Shown here piece after piece: positions 56,866 to 64,000 of a stretch of DNA of 64,000 nucleotides. The stretch spans positions 270,321 to 334,320 of the forward strand of contig CAVQPJ010000005.1 of NCBI GenBank assembly GCA_963714705.1. The letters are read 5' to 3'. The translations under genes were made by a program, and so were the position numbers. Under the pieces are notes generated by a model, which was not told the DNA's origin, did no database searches, and worked only from the letters and a program-made list of their open reading frames with translations. This stretch comes from an uncultured Gammaproteobacteria bacterium. Lineage in GTDB: Bacteria > Pseudomonadota > Gammaproteobacteria > Steroidobacterales > Rariloculaceae. Each line of letters starts with the position of its first letter. Positions within the stretch are counted from its first letter, which is position 1.

Positions 56866-57378
56866 ATGTTCGAACCGAACCATCGTTCTCCACTCCGCGC
56901 TGCTCGCTGCGAGCTTCAGCGTCGGCGCCACGACGGCGCTCGCGCAAACGCGCCGAGCGCGGCTGCATCGAGCTCAAGACCGTCGCCGAGGTTCGAGGAA
57001 ACCTACGTCGACGAGCGCGGCAACACCGCAACGCGGCTCGTGCCCGCGGCCAAGGTCGTGCCCGGCGACGAGGTCGATCTGGACGATCGTCGCGAACAAC
57101 GTCTGCACGACGCCGGCCGGCGACGTCGCGATCACGAATCCCGTGCCGCGAGCACATGCGCTACGTCGGCAACTCGGCGTTCGGCCCCGGCGCCGAACAT
57201 CGAGTTCTCGCTCGACGGCAGCACGTTCGCCGCGCCCGAAGCGCTCGTCGTCGCGGAAGCCGACGGCTCGCGCCGCCCGGCGCGCGCCGACGAGTACTCG
57301 GCGATCCGCTGGGTGCTGCCGCGCCCGATGGGCCCGAGCGAGTCGCTGATCGTGCGTTATCGCGCCACCGTTCTCTGA
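56866..57378 (+). CDS. Small secreted DUF11-type single-domain protein, paralog B (~170 aa), frame-interrupted
   Basis: A GGAGGA RBS precedes the ATG at 56866. Pieces read ...LHSALLAASFSVGATTALAQ (55784..57349 frame), ETYVDERGNTATRLVPAAKVVPGDEV and IEFSLDGSTFAAPEALVVAEADGSRRPARADEYSAIRWVLPRPMGPSESLIVRYRATVL (56866..57378). Confidence 0.55.
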   Translation: MFEPNHRSPLRAARCELQRRRHDGARANAPSAAASSSRPSPRFEETYVDERGNTATRLVPAAKVVPGDEVDLDDRREQRLHDAGRRRRDHESRAASTCATSATRRSAPAPNIEFSLDGSTFAAPEALVVAEADGSRRPARADEYSAIRWVLPRPMGPSESLIVRYRATVL

Positions 57379-57449
57379 TTTCGTTTCGTAGCACGCAGCG
57401 GCCCCGATGGACCGGGGCCTCGTGTCGATCAGTAGCAAGGAGCAGTGAA

Positions 57450-58604
57450 ATGATTACCCTGCACTCGAATCGGCTTGCGCGCAGCGCTCGTCGCTGCTCG
57501 CGGCCCTCGGCTGGTGGAACACCGCGAGCGCGCAATCGCCCGTTGACGCCCGCCGGCACGTCGATTCAAAACCGCGCGACGGTCAACTACAGCGTCGGCG
57601 GCCTACCGCAGAGCGCTGATCGAGAGCTCGCCGACCGGCAACACGACGCCCGGCGCCAGCGCCGGCGCGGACACGACGTTCGTCGTCGACAACCGCGTCG
57701 ACCTCACGGTCACCGAGCTCGTCGGGCAACGCGACGATCACGGCGCCCGGCGCGACGAATGCCCTGCTCGCGTTCACGGTCACGAACACCGGTAACGCGC
57801 CGCAAGGCTATCAGCTCACGTTGACCGAGGAAGTCGGCACGCGCTGTTCGGCAACACCGACAACGACAACGCGCGGCAACCTGTCGTGCTCGTCGACGAG
57901 GACCCGAGCGTCCGGTCAACGGCACGGGCAACGACACGTTCGACGGCACGGAGACGGCGACCGGCGATCGACACGCCTGAACCCGGGCTACGCGGTCACG
58001 GTGTTCGTCGTCGTCGCCGACGGTGCCGCTGACGCTCGTCAACGCCAACTTCGCCGAACGTGCGCCTGCAGGCGCAGCACCGCGGTCGCCGGCACGAACG
58101 GCGCCACGCTCGTGGTCGCGTCGGCCGGCGTCAACGACCCGACGACGGTCGAAATCGTGTTCGCCGACGCCGGCAACGACGCGACGCAGAGCGCGCGCGG
58201 ATCAGTTCGCGATCCAGTCGGCCGCGCTCACGGTCACGAAGACGCAGACCGTCATCAGCGACGGCTTCGGCAGCGCGAGCCCGCGAGCCGATTCCGAACG
58301 CCGTGGTCGAGTACACGATCACGGTCGCGAACAGCAGCACCGACGACGGCCGCCGACTGGCATCGCGATCAGCGATCCGATTCCGACGCCACGACGTTCC
58401 AGACCGGGCTCTACGCCGGCCCCAGCGACGTCGCGATCACGGGCGGCGCGGCGCGACCTGCGTCGCGGAGACGCCGACCGACACGAACACCGACGGCTGC
58501 TTCCGCAACGGCCGGCGACGCTCGTCGATCGGCGGCAGCGGCGCTCGGCAGCGATCGCGGCCGGCGGGACCGTGACGGTGCAGTTCCGCGTCCGGATCAA
58601 TTGA
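57450..58604 (+). CDS. Secreted DUF11-type repeat protein, paralog C (~384 aa), frame-interrupted
   Basis: An AAGGAG RBS (57437-57442) precedes the ATG at 57450. 57156..57824 frame (MITLHSNRLARSA...PAGTSIQNRATVNYSVGGLPQS). 58023..58604 (...LTVTKTQTVISDGFGSASP...IAAGGTVTVQFRVRIN). The N-terminal motif and the C-terminal FRVxIN ending are the same as in paralog A. Confidence 0.6.
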
Positions 58605-58621
58605 TCGCCGACGTAATCTGA

Positions 58622-61600
58622 ATGGGTGCGGCCGCAGCGGCGCGGCCACGCGATACGACGCGGCACCGCGCCGCCCCGGACAGTGATCGCTCCTCCTCGG
58701 CAGGGCGGAGCAGCGCAAAGCTGCTCCGCCCGCGCCGTTTGTTCACGCCCGTCTTTCGTGCGCGCGTCCGGCGTTGCTCGGCGGCAGTGCTCGGGCTGCC
58801 GCGCTCGCGGCGACCGCTCGCGGCGCCGCCCGGAACGCCGATCGCGAATCGCGCCGAGGTTCAGCTTCATCGGCAGCGCCGGGCCGACGACCGATCTACA
58901 GCAACTCGGTCGACGTCGTCGTCGCGCCGGCGCCGTCGCGCGCCGCGCTGACGCTGCTGCGCGCCGATCGCCAGCGGCAGCATCACGCATCGCGCAACCG
59001 ACGCAGTGCTTCGTCGACGGCGGCCGACTGCCGCTTGCCGCCGCCGCTACGGCAGCAACGGCCAAGCGTTCGCGCTCGGCGCGCCGCTGCGCGCTCGGCG
59101 CGGCCGCGTCGTGCACGGCGGCGAAGCCGTGTTCCTCGAGCTCGTCGACGCGGATCGCAATCGCGACGCCGCCGCCGTCGACAGCGTCGAGCTCGACGGT
59201 CACGGCCGCCGGCGGCGACCGCGAGACGCATCGTGCTCGCGGAGACGGCGGTCGACTCGGGCCGCTTCGCGGGCTACGTGCAGACGCGCGCGACGCGCCG
59301 CGGCCGCCGGCGACTGCGTGCTGCAGGTGCAGCGCGACACCGAGCTCGCGGCGCAGCTACGCGGATCCTCTCGACGCGACCGACACGGCGACGCGCCGCG
59401 GCGCTCGTCGATCCGTTCGGCCTCGTGTTCGACTCGCAGACCGGTGCGCCCGTCGAACGGCGCTCGCGTGCGGCTCGTCGTCGCGAGCACCGGCGCGCCG
59501 GCCGGCGTGCTCGGCGACGACGGCGTCAGCGCCTACCCCGCCGAGCTCATCACGGGCCAGTCCGTCACCGATGCGCGGCGGCACCGTGTACTCGTTTCCG
59601 CCCGGCGTGTTCCGCTTTCCGCTCGTCGCCACCGGCGACTATCGGCTCGTCGTCGAGCCGCCGAGCGCTACCGGCGCCGTCGACCGTGACCGAAGCGCAC
59701 TTGCAGACGTTGCCCGGCGCGCCGTATGCGCTCTCGCCCGGCATCGTTCGGCGGCGCGTTCACGGTCGCGGGGCAGATCGCGCCGGCCGTCGACATTCCG
59801 CTCGACCCGACCGCGAGCGCGCTCTGTTCTCGCAAGACCACGATGCTCGACGTCGCCGCGGTCGGCGACTTCGTCCCGTACACCGTGACGGTGCGCAACG
59901 CGGGCGATTCGGGCGTGCTGACGAACGTCGTGATCGACGGACCGACTGCCGGCCGGGCTGCGCTATCAGGCGGACTCGGCGCGCCTCGATGCCGGCGACA
60001 CCGCTCGAGCCCGAGATCGGCGCCGACGGCCTCGACCTGACGTTCCGCGTGCCGCAGCTCGCGGCCGGCGCAGAGCGTCACGCTGCGCTACGTCGCCGTC
60101 GTCGCGAGCGGCGCCGCGGGCGCAGCACGCTCGTCAACCGCGCGACGGCGCACGCCGACAACGGCTCTCGAGTCGAACATCGCGAGCGCGACGGTGCTGT
60201 TGCGCGAAGAGCTGTTCCGGACCTCGGCTTGCTGCTCGGCCGCGTGATCGCCGGCACTTGCGACACGACCGTCGACGCCGGCGAAGGCATCGCGGGCGTC
60301 CGCGTCTATCTCGAGGACGGCCGCTACGCCGTGACCGACGACGAGGGCAAGTACCACTTCGAAGGCCTGACGCCGGGCTCGCACGTCGTGCAGCTCGACA
60401 CGATCACGCTGCCGGCCGAGCTCGAGCCGCTGCGCTGCGACACGCGCGTGCGCAGCGCCGGCAGCGCGCATCGTCGCAGTTCGTCGACATGCGCGGCGGC
60501 GCGCTCGGCACGGCCGATTTCGTGCGTCGCGCAGCGCGCCGCACCCGACGGGCGACGCGCGCCTCTCGCTGTCGACGACGCAGACCGGCCGACGGCTTCG
60601 AGCACATGGCCACGGTCACGGCGCACGGCGTGCCGCTGTCGCGAAGCGGAGCTGCTCGTGCTGCTGCCCGATGTGCTCGAGTACGTGCCGGGTAGCGCCG
60701 CGCGCGACGGTGCGGCCGTACGCCGACCCCGCCGCGCAGAACGGCTCGCTGCGCTTCGCGCTCGGCGACGTCGCCGCCGACAGCGCGCCGCAGCGTGACG
60801 TTCGCGACGCGCGGCGCCGGCGATGCCGTCCGGCGAGCACACGATGCAAGCGCTGCTGCGCTTCACGACGCCGCTCGGCCGCGCGGAGCGCACGCAGCCG
60901 GTCGCGAACGTCGTGCACCGCGACGCGTCGCGTCGTCGAGCGCGATCAGCTACACGTTCTCGCCGCGCTACAACGCGTACTCGTTCGCGCCGCAGTTCGG
61001 CCCGATGCAGACGCAGGTCGACCCGCGCGACGGCGCCGAGCTCGAGCGCATCGCGGCCGACTGGCGCGGCATGCGCGACCTCACGATCCAGGTCGATCGG
61101 CCACGCCGATCAGCACACCTATCTCGGCGCGCAATCGCGACACGATTCCCCGACAACTACGCGCTGTCCGCGGCGCGCGCGCAGGCCGTCGCGGACTACC
61201 TGCGCGCAGCGCTGCCCGACGGCGCGCATCGAGATCGAGGGCCGCGGCGCCGACGAGCCGGTCGCCGCAGGGCACGGCGCCCGACAGCCTCGCGCGGAAT
61301 CGCCGCGTCGAGATCGAGGTCGACGGCGTCCGCACGCTCGCCGCCGCCGAGTGGCGCGTCGTGACGCCGAGCGCGGAGACGGCGGTCGTCGCCGACGACG
61401 GGCGCGCTCGGCCGGCGAGGCCGCTGTGCCGCAGCGCGACGCTCGCGTCGGCACGGCCGGCCGGCGTCGACGGCGGCGCTCGAGTCCGAGATCGACGTCG
61501 AGACGCTCGAGCCGCAGCTCGCGATCCTGCAGCCGAGCGACGGCTTCGCGCCGCCCGTGCCGACCGTGCACGTCGCGATCGCGCACTTGCCCGGGCCAGC

Positions 61601-64000
61601 AGCGTGCGGCTCGACCGTGAACGGCCGACCCGTCAGCGAGCTGTACTTCGACGGCACGGAGCCGAACGCCGCGAAGACGGTGGCCCTGAGCCGCTGGCGC
61701 GGCGTCGACCTCGTCGCCGGCGACAACCGGCTCGTCGCGACCGTCGTCGACGCGGCCGGCGACGAGATCGCCGTGCTCGAGCGCATCGTGCGCTACGGCG
61801 GCGGCGGCGTGCGCGCGGAGCTCGTCGCCGAGGAGTCGCAGCTCACGGCCGACGGCCGCACGCAGCCCGTCGATCGCGCTGCGCGTCTTCGACGCGTCGG
61901 GCGAGCCCGCGCGACCCGGCACGCTCGGCGCCTATCGCGTCGATCCGCCGTATCGCACGTGGTGGGAAGTCGAGACGCTGCACGACAATCCGCTGCTCGT
62001 CGAAAGCCGCCGCGAGCCGACGTTCGCCGTCGAGGAGGACGGCCTCGTGCGCATCCTGCTCGAGCCGACCGCGCAAACCGGCACGGCCGTCGTGCGGCTG
62101 CGCTTCAACGAGCGCCAGGAGCAGGAGATCCGCGCGTGGCTCGAGCCCGAGCAGCGCGACTGGATCCTGGTCGGCATCGCCGAAAGCACGGCCGCCTACA
62201 ACGACGCTCGAGGCGCGCGCTCGAGCCGCCGGACGTCGAGGACGGCTACTCGAGCGACGGTCGGCTCGCGTTCTTCGCGAAGGGCCGCATCAAGGGCTCG
62301 ACGCTGCTGACGATCGCGTTCGACTCGGAGCGCGACCGGCCGCTCGTCGAGGACCGCCTGTTCGGCACGATCGAGCCCGACCGCTACTACACGCTGTACG
62401 GCGACGCCGTCGAGCAACGCTTCGAGGCCGTCGACGACGCGCAAGCTGTATCTGAAGATCGAGCGGCGCCAGTTCGCGGCGCTGTTCGGCGACTTCGAGA
62501 CCGGGCTTCACGTCACGGAGCTCAGCCGCTACAGCCGCACCCTCACGGGCTTCAAGGCCGACTTCGGCGGCGACGTCTTCGCGCGTCAACGCGTTCGCGG
62601 CCGAGAACCGCGAGCGTTACGGCCGCGACGAGTTCCTGGGCGACGGCACGTCGGGACCGTATCAGCTGTCGCGCACGGCGCTCGTCGCGAACAGCGATCG
62701 GCTGCGCATCGAGGTCCGCGACCGCGTGCGCAGCGAGGTCGTCGTCGAGTCGCGCGAGCTGACGCGCTTCATCGACTACAGCCTCGACTACTTCACCGGG
62801 CACGCTGACGTTCAAGCAGCCGGTCCCGAGCCGCGACTCCGCGTTCAACCCCGTCTTCATCATCGCCGAGTACGAGACGCTTGGACGGCGCGGCCGGCGG
62901 CACGACGGCCGGCGCGCGCGCGACGGCGCGGCTCGCCGACGACAAGCTCGAGCTCGGCGCGACGCTCGTCAACGAAGGCTCCGACGGTCGGCGACACGCG
63001 GCTCGCGGGCACCGACCTGCGCTTCCGGCCCGACCGGCGCGCTCGAGTGCGCGCCGAGATCGCGCAGACGGATTCCGCGATCCGACTGCGCGCGCCGACG
63101 CGCGTCGGCCTACCTCGCCGAGGTCGAGCACGTGACGGAGCGGCTCGACCTCGCAAGCCTACGTGCGCGAGCAGGAAGCCGGGCTTCGGCGTCGGCCAGC
63201 AGCTCGCGCACCGAGACGGGCACGCGCAAGGTCGGCGTCGACGCGCGCAGCGACGCTGACGGAGCTCTGGACGGCGCGCGGCGAAGCGTTCCGGCAGACG
63301 AACCTGCAGACGGGCGCCGACCGCGAGCTCGTCTCGGCCGAAGCGCGCCGCGAGACCGACGACGCGACGGCGAGCGTCGGCGTCAGGCGCGTCGTCGACG
63401 ACTTGCCGCAGAGCGGCACGCAGCAGCTCCGAGCTCCTGAGCCTTGGGCGGCAGCCTCGACGTGCTGCGACGACCGCGTGACGCTGCGCGCGCTGACGGA
63501 GCAGTCGCTTGGGCGTCCGGCCGCGAGCCTCGACTTCCCCGAGCGCACGGCGCTCGGCCTCGACTATCACCTGTCGGGCGCGACGACGCTGTTCGCCGAG
63601 ATCGAGGACGCGCAAGGCGCGCAGATCGACTCGACGATGACGCGCGTCGGCGTGCGCAGCACGCCGTGGTCGGGCTCGCAGGTCTCCGTCGAGCGTGAAC
63701 CGCGAGTTCGGCGAGTACGGGCCGCGCGTGTTCGCGAACGTCGGGCTCACGCAGACGTTCAAGGTCGGCGAGGCGTGGGCGATGGACGTCGGCGTCGACC
63801 GCAGCGACACGGTGACGGGCGCCGACGCCGAGCGGTTCAACCCGAACGTGCCGCTCGTGATCGGCGCCATCGGCGACGACTTCCTCGCGACCTTCGTCGG
63901 CGCGCAGTACCGCGCCGACCTCTGGACGATCACGTCGCGCGTCGAGCGGCGCGACTCCGACCTCGCGGAGCGCCGGTCGTTCACGAGCGGCTTCTACCGC
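58622..64000 (+). CDS. Giant envelope protein (more than 1790 aa, 3-prime end beyond window): beta-sandwich (DUF11/Cna-B/carboxypeptidase-regulatory-like) repeats, internal OmpA-like domain, long beta-rich C-terminal region; heavily frame-interrupted
   Basis: Stitched pieces: PPGTPIANRAEV.FIGSAGP...PIYSNSVDVVVAPAPSRAALTLLRA; AVFLELVDADRNRDAAAVDSVEL; VDPFGLVFDSQTGAPV.GARVRLVVASTGAPAGVLGDDGVSAYPAELITGQSVTDA.GTVYSFPPGVFRFPLVATGDYRLVVEPPS; DFVPYTVTVRNAGDSGVLTNVVIDG; GIAGVRVYLEDGRYAVTDDEGKYHFEGLTPGSHVVQLDTITLPAELEP. Then the OmpA-like block, then VRAELVAEESQLTADGRTQPV...RILLEPTAQTGTAVVRLRFNERQEQEIRAWLEPEQRDWILVGIAE...DGRLAFFAKGRIKGSTLLTIAFDSERDRPLVEDRLFGTIEPDRYYTLYGDAVEQRFEA...VVVESRELTRFIDYSLDYFTG... 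Confidence 0.6.
60948..61325 (+). other. OmpA-like (peptidoglycan-associating) domain inside the giant protein
   Basis: Stitched from three frames: SYTFSPRYNAYSFAPQFGPMQTQVDPRDGAELERIAADWRGMRDLTIQV / IGHADQHTYLGAQSRH / RFPDNYALSAARAQAVADYLRAALPDG / RIEIEGRGADEPVAAGHG / SLARNRRVEIEV. This matches the OmpA_C pattern GH(T/A)D...N..LS..RA..V..YL...G.G...P...NRRVEI. Confidence 0.7.

Noticed and set aside
58774-62455. The 674-aa (58774..60798) and 594-aa (60671..62455) ORFs taken literally as proteins
   Set aside because: Large parts are Arg-rich out-of-frame text, and only segments carry real motifs. The biologically sensible sequence has to be stitched from all three plus-strand frames, so these ORFs are frame mosaics of one giant gene.

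Overview
High-GC chromosomal segment from a Gram-negative (diderm) bacterium. Two hand-counted 60-nt stretches gave 44/60 and 46/60 G+C. I recognised no rRNA, tRNA, CRISPR array, transposase or integrase. Most of the highest-GC genes are split into several frame pieces in the ORF track, yet the peptide pieces still look strongly family-like. Coordinates for those genes are therefore envelopes I reconstructed by stitching frames by eye, and starts are approximate. Content from left to right: (1) A minus-strand amidoligase supercluster: lysine 2,3-aminomutase (KamA), a Ddl-like ATP-grasp, a Ddl-like ATP-grasp::GNAT fusion, a small charged ORF, a C39-like cysteine peptidase and a RimK/RLAN ATP-grasp. 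(2) Citrate synthase gltA, 4 nt upstream of glgA. (3) A glycogen cluster (glgA, malQ, glgC, glgB, a small OM barrel, glgX, glgP). It is interrupted between glgA and malQ by a lower-GC ~4.1 kb cassette carrying a frame-intact but 5-prime-truncated Rhs protein with an unrecognised C-terminal toxin domain and a tightly coupled small immunity-like gene. (4) Homoprotocatechuate-type meta-cleavage genes: LigAB-like dioxygenase, aldehyde dehydrogenase, CHM isomerase, a DapA-family protein and an FAH-family protein. (5) A YugP-type Zn peptidase and a PAS-GGDEF-EAL protein. (6) An MFP - RND pump - unknown - lspA - GNAT operon. (7) An S1C/PDZ protease, cytochrome c-prime, a b-type cytochrome and a Tat-exported three-subunit molybdenum hydroxylase. 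(8) A TonB-dependent receptor with a clean terminator, an S9 peptidase, a secreted unknown protein and a Tat-signal Gfo/Idh/MocA oxidoreductase. (9) A divergent surface-protein locus. It holds a ~1000-aa protein with a lectin-like head plus DUF11-type repeats, facing three small secreted DUF11-type paralogs and a giant (>1790 aa, runs off the window) protein with beta-sandwich repeats, an internal OmpA-like domain and a long beta-rich C-terminus. The best candidates for an undescribed system are the DUF11 locus, the beta-lysine/ATP-grasp supercluster and the Rhs cassette.
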